Counted from the first letter of the stretch, positions 1 to 8,984 are shown. The stretch: 24,000 bases of DNA from Acidimicrobiia bacterium (GCA_035623515.1 DASPTH010000140.1:16088-40087), one strand, 5' to 3'. A program made the numbers and translations. The notes: generated by a model not told the origin, from the sequence alone.

Positions 1-515
1 AGCTCTCGGAATTCGTCCCTCGACGCCTCGCACAGCACGACGGTGACGTGCACGTCGAACCGCGCCAACTCGTGCAGGCGGTCGAGCCGCATGCGCAGTG
101 AGCGGAGCGACTTCTGGATGTAGCTGGTGGGGTCGACTCGCAGCGTGTCGATGCTCACGGTCAGGTTGTTGAGACCGGCAGCGTTCAGCGCCTCGACGGT
201 GCTCCTGCGCAACAGGATGCCGTTCGTCACCACGCTCGTGTTCGACTTGCGCCCCGCGTACGCCACGATCGCGGCCAGGTCGGGATGCATGAGCGGCTCA
301 CCACCGAGCAGCGTGATGTTCGCAGAGCCGAGCCGGTGCAGCGCGTCGATGCGGCGCTTCAGGTCGGCGAGCGGGACGGGTTCCGAAGTGCGGTCGTACT
401 CGGAGCAGTAGCCGCAACTGAGGTTGCAGCGGCGCGTGACGATGAGCTGGGCATCGAGCGGAGCGTTGGTGAAGAGAATGCGCGGCACGCTCCGCACGAG
501 GTGTCGGACCTGCAC
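1..515 (-). CDS. radical SAM domain protein (N-terminal ~170 aa; 3' end lies beyond the left window edge)
   Basis: Absent from the ORF track because it runs off the window. Reverse complement of 405-428 reads CNLSCGYC (CxxxCxxC 4Fe-4S/SAM motif). Downstream in the same frame are ...ANITLLGGEPLMHPD... and ...SVVTNGILL... I translated the frame by hand: it is open from about 530 down to position 1 and has high GC3. The start is uncertain (GTG 513-515 or GTG 495-497). Confidence 0.8.
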   Translation of the reverse strand, partial: MQVRHLVRSVPRILFTNAPLDAQLIVTRRCNLSCGYCSEYDRTSEPVPLADLKRRIDALHRLGSANITLLGGEPLMHPDLAAIVAYAGRKSNTSVVTNGILLRRSTVEALNAAGLNNLTVSIDTLRVDPTSYIQKSLRSLRMRLDRLHELARFDVHVTVVLCEASRDEFRE

Positions 516-526
516 GGGCGGGGAAT

Positions 527-1450
527 CTAGCGGGGGCTCGCGGCGCGCGCACTGTTGGCGCGCAACTCGATGGCCGCTTCTCCCCCGTGCGCGAATGCAC
601 GACGTCTCGCCCGGCGCCGCGCGAGGGCACGTTCGAGCGCGATGGCAAGGAGATACGCGACCGTCACCTCCACACAGCTCCCGAAGAAGTCGAGGAAGTG
701 GTGCTGGCCGGTGACAGTGATCGCGCCCAGTGTGAGGATCGGGTGCAGCAGGATGATGGCCTTCACCCACCACCGGCGCACGACCGGCCACAGCGCGAGC
801 ACGCAGAAGAGCGCCCACGACACGTGGTGGCTCGGCATGCCGCCGTACAGGTTGCCGACGGCGTCGACGAGGTCCTGGCGCGGCTCGCCGTCGGGCCCGT
901 AGTGCAGCGCGACCTGCCGTCCCGGGCCGTTGTAGTACTCGACCTGCGTGTCCACGAATCCGTACTGCGCGCCCATGTACTTCGGCGGCGAGACGGGGAA
1001 CAGCGCCCAGCAGATCGGTCCCGTGAAGAAGAGCATGATCAGGAAGGTGTTGCGCATGCGCACGTACCGGACCGGGAATTTCACATAGAGGAACACGGCG
1101 ACGACGATGGGCACGATGAAGTGCGCGGTGTCGTAGTAGAGGTTCCAGAACACGATCGTGGCCGGCCAGTGCAGGAAGAACCGCTGCACGTCGAGCTCGT
1201 GGTAGATCCCGAGCCACTGTTCGATCCGGTTCAGCGTGCGGGCGTTGCGCAACGCGACGTTGGCCGGGCCCATCTCGGCGTTGCGCAGGTAGTCGTGCAG
1301 CACGCCGGCGATGAGCAGGCCGAGCACCTCGAGGACCCAGCCGCCCCGCATCCGCTTGGTGAGCGGTCCCGGGAGTGGTTCGTCGGCCGACGGGACGCGG
1401 TCGGTACGCGCGGATTCCTCCTGCGTGGCGCGAGCTGACAAGGCTCGCAT
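527..1450 (-). CDS. PAP2-superfamily integral membrane protein (PAP2_3 / inositol-phosphorylceramide-synthase-like phosphotransferase or phosphatase)
   Basis: Track ORF 527..1507(-). Multiple hydrophobic segments. Has the C-terminal pattern GGMPSHHVSWA ... TGQHHFLD typical of the PAP2 C-terminal catalytic motifs. I prefer ATG 1448-1450 (MRALSAR...) because the longest start (1507) would overlap mtnA by 38 nt. Confidence 0.75.
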   Translation of the reverse strand: MRALSARATQEESARTDRVPSADEPLPGPLTKRMRGGWVLEVLGLLIAGVLHDYLRNAEMGPANVALRNARTLNRIEQWLGIYHELDVQRFFLHWPATIVFWNLYYDTAHFIVPIVVAVFLYVKFPVRYVRMRNTFLIMLFFTGPICWALFPVSPPKYMGAQYGFVDTQVEYYNGPGRQVALHYGPDGEPRQDLVDAVGNLYGGMPSHHVSWALFCVLALWPVVRRWWVKAIILLHPILTLGAITVTGQHHFLDFFGSCVEVTVAYLLAIALERALARRRARRRAFAHGGEAAIELRANSARAASPR

Positions 1451-1469
1451 CCTGCCACGATGCGCACGG

Positions 1470-2519
<1,050 letters not shown>

Positions 2520-2526
2520 GGAGCTC

Positions 2527-2539
2527 AGTGTGTCATGGT
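2527..2539. promoter_or_regulatory. back-to-back -10-like hexamers for leaderless mtnA (minus, CACACT = rc of 2527-2532) and DUF1080 gene (plus, CATGGT 2534-2539)
   Basis: Each hexamer has the A2/T6 core and ends about 7 nt before the A of an ATG (2519 on minus; 2547 on plus). Only 15 nt separate ATG 2519 from ATG 2535. Confidence 0.3.
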
Positions 2540-3080
2540 GGCCGCGATGGAGGATCACGTCGTGCTCTTCGACGGCACGTCGACCGACGGCTGGCGAATG
2601 GCCGGGCCGGGTGGGTTCGACCTCGTCGACGGTACGCTCGAGTCTCACGGCGGCATGGGCCTCCTGTGGTACACGGGGCGACCGTTCGCCGACTTCGTCC
2701 TCGACGTCCACTGGGCGGTGGCGCGGGCGACGGACAACTCCGGCGTGTTCCTCCGGTTCCCCGACCCCGGCGACGACCCGTGGGTCGCGGTGCACCACGG
2801 CTACGAGGTCCAGATCCACGACACCGCGCCCGAAACCGTCCACCAGACTGGTGGGATCTACTCGTTCGCGGCACCGTCGCGTGCGGCGTCGAACCCTGCC
2901 GGCGCGTGGAACCACTTTCGCATCGTGTGCGTCGGCCAGGACTACGCGGTCGCACTCAATGGACTGGCCGTCACGACCTTCACCGGCAGCCGGAGCACCG
3001 AGGGGTTCGTCGGGATCCAGAACCACGACCCGAGCTCGCGCGTCCGGTTCCGCCGGATTGCGGTGACGGTCGTTCAGTAG
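2535..3080 (+). CDS. DUF1080 (3-keto-disaccharide hydrolase-like, concanavalin-fold) domain protein
   Basis: C-terminal 181 codons of track ORF 1311..3080(+): MVAAMEDHVVLFDGTSTDGWRMAG...NSGVFLRF...GYEVQIHD...GGIYSF...WNHFRIVC...GFVGIQNHD...VRFRRIAV. This is the family pattern LFNG..GW / NSG / E.Q..D / G.IGLQ.H / FRNI. ATG 2547 (MEDHVV...) is an equally plausible start. No signal peptide. Confidence 0.85.
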   Translation: MVAAMEDHVVLFDGTSTDGWRMAGPGGFDLVDGTLESHGGMGLLWYTGRPFADFVLDVHWAVARATDNSGVFLRFPDPGDDPWVAVHHGYEVQIHDTAPETVHQTGGIYSFAAPSRAASNPAGAWNHFRIVCVGQDYAVALNGLAVTTFTGSRSTEGFVGIQNHDPSSRVRFRRIAVTVVQ

Positions 3081-4636
3081 TCCCGGTCGACGAAGAACGC
3101 GCCGGCGAGGAACACGAGCGCCACGACTCCGAGCACGATCGCGACCGCAACCGTGTAGAAGATCAGCGCGGCGACGGTCGAGCCGATGAGCACGAGCGCC
3201 ATCGCCACGGTGACGGCCCGGTTCGTGTGCGCCGGCTCCTCGACCGCGCCTTCGAGCGTCCCCACCGCGGACGCGGACGAGTCCGCGGTGCCGACGCCGG
3301 CGCCGGAGGTGGGCTGGTCGACGGGCTGGTCGGCGCGCGCGCGTGCGCGTGCCCGCACCGGGATCGCGCGGCGGCGGGGCGAACTCGCGTCCACCTCGCC
3401 GGAGAGCGGACCGGCGGCCCAACGCCACGCGACGACCACCACCGCGACGAGCAGGAACAGGAGCAGCGCCTGGTGGACGGCGTCGAGCACACGGACGCTC
3501 CCGCTGAGGTCGCCCTGGAAGCCGTCGCGCCCGAGGAGCGTGCCGGTCGGGTCGTAGGCGCGTCGCAGGAAGTAGTAGACGAGGTCCACCGCCCAGGCGA
3601 GCGTGGCGACGACCAGGAACCCCCACGGCACCTGCAGGCCCTCGATGGTCGTGCTCGCGACGATCGCGAGGGGCATGACGACGCACAGGTACTCGGGGTT
3701 CGAGACCGCGAGCAGCGCAAAGCAGGCGAGCAGGAGCGCGGCCGCGAGACGGTACCCGCCTTCCTCGCCGTCCTCGCGGTGCCTCGACCAGAGCGCGACG
3801 ACGCCGACGATGGCCACACCGGCGAGCACGATCGCCGTGCGGTTGGCGGTGTTCACGGTGACCACGTGGTGCAGCACCAGTGTCGACCACGGCGTCATCG
3901 AGAACCCGATGTTCCCGGGCGTGTAACCGAACTGCTGCGACAGACCGTCGGATCCGCTCACGACCCACGTGACCGCGGCGAGCCCGACCGCCGTGACCGC
4001 GACGGTGATCCACTCGCGCCGACGCGTCGCGCGGGGCGCGGTCAGCAGGAACGCGAGCACGACGGGACCGAGGAGCACCTTCGCCGCGGAGCAGCCGAAC
4101 ACGAGCAGGACGAGCGCGGCGCGGCGATGGCGCCGTATGACCAAGACCACCGCTGCCGCGACGATCGCCGCCGCAAACGGCTCGTCCTGCGCGGCGAACG
4201 CGGACGCCGGCCACATCACCGGCGCCACCGCCCAGATCAGTCCGGCGAGCAGCACGCACCGAGGCCGCCATCGGGCAATGCCGGCGAGGAGGATCGCCAT
4301 CCCGGCCAGGTCCCAGACGACGGAGCCGAGCCGCAGCGCGGTCAGGTCACCGGCGCCGAGCGCGACCCAGGGCTTCGCGGTGATCCACTCCGCGACGCCC
4401 AGGTAGGGCGCGTACTGGTCGACGGCCGCGACGTTGCCCTCGAGGTGACCGATGGGGTCGTGCAACAGTCGGGCGTGGTACCCGGAGTCGCTCACGCTGT
4501 CGGTGGGCTTCGCACCGGCGGCGACCACGACGACGACGAGTCGGATCAGGAGCGCGAGCGCGAGCAACAGCAGGATCGTGCGGGTCGTCGACCGCCGCCG
4601 GCGCCGTCGCGACCACCGCGAGGTGGTCTCGGTCAC
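3074..4636 (-). CDS. polytopic integral membrane protein, possibly a GT-C-fold (polyprenyl-phosphate-dependent) glycosyltransferase; function uncertain
   Basis: Track ORF 3074..4636(-), GTG start. An Arg-rich N-terminus (RRRRRRSTTR) precedes the first TM, and many hydrophobic helices run through the protein. A soluble Ala/Arg/Ser-rich insert lies before the last two TMs. High GC3. The family assignment rests only on overall architecture. Confidence 0.6.
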   Translation of the reverse strand: MTETTSRWSRRRRRRSTTRTILLLLALALLIRLVVVVVAAGAKPTDSVSDSGYHARLLHDPIGHLEGNVAAVDQYAPYLGVAEWITAKPWVALGAGDLTALRLGSVVWDLAGMAILLAGIARWRPRCVLLAGLIWAVAPVMWPASAFAAQDEPFAAAIVAAAVVLVIRRHRRAALVLLVFGCSAAKVLLGPVVLAFLLTAPRATRRREWITVAVTAVGLAAVTWVVSGSDGLSQQFGYTPGNIGFSMTPWSTLVLHHVVTVNTANRTAIVLAGVAIVGVVALWSRHREDGEEGGYRLAAALLLACFALLAVSNPEYLCVVMPLAIVASTTIEGLQVPWGFLVVATLAWAVDLVYYFLRRAYDPTGTLLGRDGFQGDLSGSVRVLDAVHQALLLFLLVAVVVVAWRWAAGPLSGEVDASSPRRRAIPVRARARARADQPVDQPTSGAGVGTADSSASAVGTLEGAVEEPAHTNRAVTVAMALVLIGSTVAALIFYTVAVAIVLGVVALVFLAGAFFVDRDY

Positions 4637-4737
4637 GACGCTTCCGCCTTGGGCGTGCCAGAGCGATCGAGCAAGCGGCCGCAGGATATTCCTCCCTCAA
4701 TCGGCTGGCTTGCCCCGTGCCGCGCCTTGTGCACCGG

Positions 4738-4763
4738 GCGCCTGTCAGCCGCTTCACAGGCGC
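4738..4763 (+). promoter_or_regulatory. 8-bp perfect stem-loop (GCGCCTGT-N10-ACAGGCGC) in the 5' region of the secreted-peptide gene
   Basis: Read directly from the sequence. It sits immediately before AAGGAGG (4765-4771). Confidence 0.3.
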
Positions 4764-4833
4764 GAAGGAGGATGCTCCGCACCGGTGCCGGCCTCGTCGG
4801 GTCGGCGGTTGCGCTCACGAGGAGGTCCCACGG

Positions 4834-5064
4834 ATGAAGCTCGGCGTCGGACGGATCGCAGCAGCGGGAGCACTGGCGGGCTTCCTCGCCCTCGGTGGCG
4901 TCGGATACGCGTACGCGCAGTCGAGCGGCAGCTCCCCGTCCAACACCACGCCCGGCGGGCCGTCCAACAACAGCGGCGGCAACGGCGGCGGGTCGAACAG
5001 CTCGAACTGCCCCAACATGGGGGGGCAGCACTCGAGCACCTCGAGCGCTTCGACGTCGATGTGA
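4834..5064 (+). CDS. small secreted low-complexity Ser/Gly/Asn/Thr-rich peptide (76 aa precursor, ~48 aa mature)
   Basis: In frame within track ORF 4717..5064. ATG 4834 is preceded by GGAGG (4821-4825, 8-nt spacer). Sec-type signal MKLGVGRIAAAGALAGFLALGGVGYAYA|Q. The mature part is QSSGSSPSNTTPGGPSNNSGGNGGGSNSSNCPNMGGQHSSTSSASTSM. G/C-ending codons dominate. Confidence 0.6.
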   Translation: MKLGVGRIAAAGALAGFLALGGVGYAYAQSSGSSPSNTTPGGPSNNSGGNGGGSNSSNCPNMGGQHSSTSSASTSM

Positions 5065-5069
5065 CCGAC

Positions 5070-5088
5070 CGCCCGGTGCTCCCGGGCG
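5070..5088 (+). terminator. GC-rich hairpin (CGCCCGG-TGCTC-CCGGGCG) 5 nt after the peptide gene stop; possible terminator/attenuator without a U-tract
   Basis: Perfect 7-bp inverted repeat with a 5-nt loop, lying between the TGA at 5062-5064 and the LLM gene ATG at 5111. Confidence 0.3.
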
Positions 5089-5110
5089 CGTCAGGGTGTA
5101 GACACGCCCC

Positions 5111-5992
5111 ATGGACGTCGATCTGCACGTGAGCCGCTTCGACTGGGCGGGTGACCCGGCGGGCATCGGTCCGGGCCTCCAGGATCTTGCCCGGACCGCC
5201 GAGGACGTCGGCATCCGAACACTCTCGTTCATGGACCACTGGTTCCAGATGGAGTGGATGGCACCTGCGGAAGACCCGATGCTCGAGGGGTACACCGCGC
5301 TCGGATTCGTGGCGGGCGTCACCGCGCGCCTGCGCCTGCGTCTCCTCGTCACCGGCGTCACCTACCGCCATCCCGGGCTGCTCGCCAAGACGGTCACGAC
5401 CCTCGACGTCGTCTCGGGCGGTCGCGCCGAGCTCGGGATCGGCGCCGCGTGGTACGAGCGCGAGCACGTCGGCTTGGGTGTGCCGTTCCCACCGACGAAG
5501 GAACGTTTCGAGCGGCTCGAGGAGGCGGTGCAGATCTGCCTCCAGATGTGGAGCGCCGACAACGGGCCGTACCGGGGCCGCCACTACCAGCTCGCCGAGA
5601 CGTTGTGCTCACCGCCGCCGGTGAGCCGGCCGCGGCCTCGGATCATGATCGGTGGGAGCGGTGAGCGGAAGACGCTTCGGCTGGTGGCGACCTACGCCGA
5701 CGCCTGCAACATCTTCGGCGATCCCGAGACGGTGGCGCGCAAGGTCGACGTCCTCCGGCGTCACTGTGACGCCATCGGCCGGGATCCGAACGAGATCGAG
5801 GTGACGTCGAACGCGAACGTCCGCGCCGACCTCGACTCCGACGAGATCGTCCGGCGGTTGGAGGAGTACGCCTCGGTCGGTGTGTCGACGGTGATGGCCG
5901 GCGCGGTCGGCGCCGACCCGAGCGGTCATCTCACCGACCGTTGGGCTCCGGTGATGAAGCACATCGCCGACATCGAACCCGCGGGGCTCTGA
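5111..5992 (+). CDS. LLM-class F420-dependent oxidoreductase (luciferase-like monooxygenase family, Rv1855c-like subgroup)
   Basis: Track ORF 5111..5992. Full-length resemblance to the family: ...MDHWFQM...PMLEGYTALGF...LVTGVTYRHPGLLAKTVTTLDVVSGGRAELGIGAAWYEREHVGLGVPFPP..ERFERLEEAVQIC.QMW...GRHYQLAETL..P......RIMIGGSGERKTLRLVATYADACN. Confidence 0.9.
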   Translation: MDVDLHVSRFDWAGDPAGIGPGLQDLARTAEDVGIRTLSFMDHWFQMEWMAPAEDPMLEGYTALGFVAGVTARLRLRLLVTGVTYRHPGLLAKTVTTLDVVSGGRAELGIGAAWYEREHVGLGVPFPPTKERFERLEEAVQICLQMWSADNGPYRGRHYQLAETLCSPPPVSRPRPRIMIGGSGERKTLRLVATYADACNIFGDPETVARKVDVLRRHCDAIGRDPNEIEVTSNANVRADLDSDEIVRRLEEYASVGVSTVMAGAVGADPSGHLTDRWAPVMKHIADIEPAGL

Positions 5993-6002
5993 TCAACCAC
6001 GC

Positions 6003-7406
6003 TCAAACCGCGTGGACGAGGTCGGTGAGCGCGGGCGCCATCCCTTCGGCGATCTCCCAGCCGTCGTCGACGATGTCGGGACAGGCCACGATCCCGATCT
6101 CGATCGAATCGACGTAGCTCACCACCGTGATGTTGAGCCCGCCGCCGGCAAGGAGCGGACCCAGCAAGTACCCGTGGCGCAGCTGCGCACCACCGCAATA
6201 GAGAGGGACCGGCGGCCCGGGGACGTTCGACACGATCGCGTTGAAGATCGGGGGCAGCCGCGCCTCGAGCCCGAGTCCCTGGTACGAACGCACCAACCCC
6301 GACAGGACGATCGGGGGCGGCACGGCAACGAGGTGCGCGAGCAGGTCCTCGCCGAGCGCATGGTGCAGCGATCGTGCCGCGCGCGTGGACGCGTGCACGG
6401 CGCGGAGTCGATCCGCCGGCCCGTCGAGGTGCACCGGCAACGCGGCACCCATCGCCGACAGCAGGTTGCCCGGCACCGCGTCGGGGTCGACCGGCCGGCG
6501 CTCACGGCGGATGCCCATGGGCAACTGCGCGACCATCGTCTTGTCCGGTACCGCATCGCGAGCCACGAGATAGCGGCGCAGGGAGCCGCTGCACACCGCG
6601 AGCACGACGTCGTTCAGAGAGACCTCCGCGGCCTCACGCACCGCATCCACGTCGGCGCGCGGCAGCGAGCAGAACGCGAAGCGGCGCCGAGACGTGAGCG
6701 CCCCGTTGAACGGGCTCGCCGGAGCCTCGAACGGGACCAGCGCCGCGGCGCGCTCGCGCGACAACGCGAACCGGCCGAGGCGCGGCGCGGCGCGTGCCAG
6801 GTCACCGGCGACGTGCGCGGCGCGCAACGGCGTCGTCGCGAGCGACCACGCCGACTCACCGAGTCGCCCGAGACCGGTGGTCGGCTCCTCCCCGGCGTCA
6901 CCCGTCGCCAGCGGCCGCTCCAACGGCGCGTCGGGCTCGACGTCGAACATCACCAGCGCCATCTCCGCCGCGTTCACGCCGTCGGTGCACGCGTGGTGGA
7001 TCTTGAGGAGGAGCGCCAACCCGCCGTCGCGCAGGCCCTCGAGGCGCCAGAGCTCCCACAGGGGCCGTGTGCGGTCGAGCGGGTGCCCGAAGATCTCGCC
7101 GACGAGCCGATCGAGCGCGCGCGCGTCGCCCGGCGCCCCGACCGTTGCACTGCGCAGGTGCGCGTCGACGTCGAGCTCGGGGACGTCCCGCCACTCCGGC
7201 CGGTCGAGCCGGCCCGGCATCTCGCGCACCCGCCGGCGGAACAGCCCCAGGTGCGCGAATCGCTCGGTGACCAGACGCCGAACTCGCTCGGGACCGAGAC
7301 GCTTCGCACCTGCCGCGTCGAACAACATGAGCAGGCCGACGTGCATCAGCCACTCGGGCGTCTCCGCCGCCAGGAAACCGGCGTCGGTGCGGCTCAGCCG
7401 CTGCAT
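6003..7406 (-). CDS. wax ester synthase / diacylglycerol O-acyltransferase (WS/DGAT)
   Basis: Last 467 codons of track ORF 6003..7949(-), from ATG 7404-7406 (MQRLSRTDAGFLAAETPEWLMHVG...). Contains the catalytic HHxxxDG motif (KIHHACTDG). The C-terminal segment is ...FNAIVSNVPGPPVPLYCGGAQL...LNITVVSY. Confidence 0.9.
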   Translation of the reverse strand: MQRLSRTDAGFLAAETPEWLMHVGLLMLFDAAGAKRLGPERVRRLVTERFAHLGLFRRRVREMPGRLDRPEWRDVPELDVDAHLRSATVGAPGDARALDRLVGEIFGHPLDRTRPLWELWRLEGLRDGGLALLLKIHHACTDGVNAAEMALVMFDVEPDAPLERPLATGDAGEEPTTGLGRLGESAWSLATTPLRAAHVAGDLARAAPRLGRFALSRERAAALVPFEAPASPFNGALTSRRRFAFCSLPRADVDAVREAAEVSLNDVVLAVCSGSLRRYLVARDAVPDKTMVAQLPMGIRRERRPVDPDAVPGNLLSAMGAALPVHLDGPADRLRAVHASTRAARSLHHALGEDLLAHLVAVPPPIVLSGLVRSYQGLGLEARLPPIFNAIVSNVPGPPVPLYCGGAQLRHGYLLGPLLAGGGLNITVVSYVDSIEIGIVACPDIVDDGWEIAEGMAPALTDLVHAV

Positions 7407-7446
7407 CTGCGAGATTCTGCCAACCCGAACGCTCCGGGAGCCAGCG

Positions 7447-8700
7447 TCACGGTCCGAGCTCGCCCAGTCGCGAGAGGTGCACCGAAGCAAGGAATCGGTG
7501 AACTCCCTTGACGACGGCTTCGCTCCGGACGGTGTCGAAGACTTCGAAGGCGTGCTGGGCGTGCGGCAACTCGAGGAAGACCGTGGGGGACGACGAGATC
7601 TCGCGCAGGCGCGCCGCGAAGGCGCGGGCCTCCTCGACGGGTACGAGCGAGTCGTCCGTGCCGTGCACGACCATGAATGGGGGTGCATCGGCGCGGACGC
7701 GATCGAGCGGCGACGCACGTGAGAACGCGGCCGGGTCGTTGGCGACCCGCCGCTTGAGGACGAAGCGTTCGACGAGCCCGCCCATGCCGTCGGCACCGAG
7801 GCCGCCGAAGCGGCCGGTGAGGTCGTACGCGCCGTAGAACACCACGCACGCGGCGACCGACGTGTCGGCGTCCTCGAAACCCGGCTGGAGCTCCTCGTCG
7901 TTCTGGGTGAACGCGGCCAGCGCTGCGAGGTGGCCGCCGGCCGAGCCACCGGTGATCACCACGAACCGCGGGTCACCGCCGTACTCGGCGACGTGGTCAC
8001 GCGCCCACCGCAGGGCGAGCTTCACGTCGACGAGGTGGTCGGGGAAGGTCGCGGCCGGACTCCGCCGGTAGTTCGGCGCGACACAGAGCCAGCCGTGTGC
8101 GGCGAGATGGTGCATGAGGGGCCGCGCCTGCTGGCGCTTGTCGCCGACGATCCACGCGCCACCGTGCACCTGGACCAGCACCGGTGCGCCGGAGACGCCG
8201 GCGGCGGGCCGGTAGAGGTCGAGGAGGTGCCGCCGACCGGCGCCGTCCGCGTAGCGGAGGTTGCGCACGATCTCGACGTCCCGGCCGGCGATCGGCACTC
8301 CCGACGCGAGCCGGCTGATCGAGAGGAGGCGGCTGGGAGTCGCCACGTGGACGGCCGCGTCGAGCGCGGCCGCGTCATCCTCCCCGAGCCCTTCGGCGAG
8401 CGCGCGCTCCACGAGCGGACTGCTCGTGAGCGCGCGCCGGACGAGCGCGCCCATGCCGAGCCACGAGGCCGCCGACAGCGCGAGCGCGACGACGCCGGCG
8501 GCGCGGTCGAGGACGCCCGCCGCGACGAACGCACCGGCCACGACGATCCCGACGACGAGCAACTGCAGCGCGAGCTCGTTCCAGGGCCACGCCGCGAAGA
8601 AGCTCGGCACCGCGAAGATGCTGCGCCGGCTCCGCGGGAACAGCGCGTTCAACGTCAGCAGGGCGCTGACCGCGCTGAGCACCACGAACGCGGTGGTCAC
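7447..8700 (-). CDS. membrane-anchored alpha/beta hydrolase (hormone-sensitive-lipase-type esterase/lipase fold)
   Basis: In frame within track ORF 7447..9081(-). GTG 8698-8700 gives VTTAFVVLSAV..., with about 3-4 N-terminal hydrophobic helices. Then the HGG oxyanion motif (VQVHGGAW), the nucleophile elbow GGSAGG, and C-terminal VVHGTDDSLV / HAQHAF. The start overlaps the upstream stop in a GTGA junction. Confidence 0.85.
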   Translation of the reverse strand: MTTAFVVLSAVSALLTLNALFPRSRRSIFAVPSFFAAWPWNELALQLLVVGIVVAGAFVAAGVLDRAAGVVALALSAASWLGMGALVRRALTSSPLVERALAEGLGEDDAAALDAAVHVATPSRLLSISRLASGVPIAGRDVEIVRNLRYADGAGRRHLLDLYRPAAGVSGAPVLVQVHGGAWIVGDKRQQARPLMHHLAAHGWLCVAPNYRRSPAATFPDHLVDVKLALRWARDHVAEYGGDPRFVVITGGSAGGHLAALAAFTQNDEELQPGFEDADTSVAACVVFYGAYDLTGRFGGLGADGMGGLVERFVLKRRVANDPAAFSRASPLDRVRADAPPFMVVHGTDDSLVPVEEARAFAARLREISSSPTVFLELPHAQHAFEVFDTVRSEAVVKGVHRFLASVHLSRLGELGP

Positions 8701-8984
8701 GCCCCGACGGTCTCGGCGAAGTCGATCCCGAGATCCGGGTCGATGACCTGTGCGGCGTCGCGACCGGGCATGAAGGACACACCCGGACCGGGGTGACTGC
8801 CCGAGCTGTCCAGGTACACGCTCGGCGCCGGGGCCCGGTACCGGCCGAGCTCGGGAACGTGACCGATGCCTTCGTGGGCTTCCGGCACGAAAACGCTGAG
8901 CCCGGCCCGCGCGAGAGAACACGCGCAGGTCAAGCCGTTGTGCCCCGCGCCGATGACGACGGCGTCGTAATCCGTCGATGGCAC
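8697..8984 (-). pseudogene. collapsed remnant (95 codons) of a phytoene-desaturase-family FAD/NAD(P)-dependent oxidoreductase
   Basis: Track ORF 8697..8984(-), GTG start. The N-terminus YDAVVIGAGHNGLTCACSLARAGLSVFVPEA is the GxGxxG dinucleotide-binding beta-alpha-beta unit. Residues from about 55 on (APSVYLDSSGSHPGPGVSFMPGRDAAQVIDPDL) resemble the C-terminal FAD-binding motif of homologues I recall as roughly 500 aa (..LYL.G.G.HPGGGV.G.PG.NAA..IL.DL). The whole middle of the protein is missing. GC3 is still high. Confidence 0.5.

Noticed and set aside
2520-4837. Very long track ORFs (1470..4271 minus, upstream part; 2528..4837 plus; 1311..2534 part of the 589-aa plus ORF; 1375..3066; 1504..2493)
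   Set aside because: Their translations are Arg/Pro/Gly/Ala-rich low-information sequence, typical of out-of-frame or antisense reading of GC3-rich genes. The same DNA is fully explained by recognisable genes (mtnA, DUF1080, membrane protein) in other frames.
4772-4837. The 21-codon uORF (MLRTGAGLVGSAVALTRRSHG) as a bona fide protein-coding gene
   Set aside because: The AAGGAGG element abuts the ATG with zero spacing, which is poor geometry for SD-led initiation, and the peptide has no recognisable features. It is kept only as a possible regulatory uORF in the findings.
4834-5992. Secreted peptide plus F420-type LLM oxidoreductase as a RiPP precursor/tailoring pair
   Set aside because: The peptide has a classical Sec signal with an AxA cleavage site rather than a RiPP leader. 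No cyclodehydratase, lanthionine synthetase, rSAM maturase, protease or exporter is adjacent. The LLM gene belongs to a widespread housekeeping-type subgroup and is separated from the peptide gene by a hairpin.
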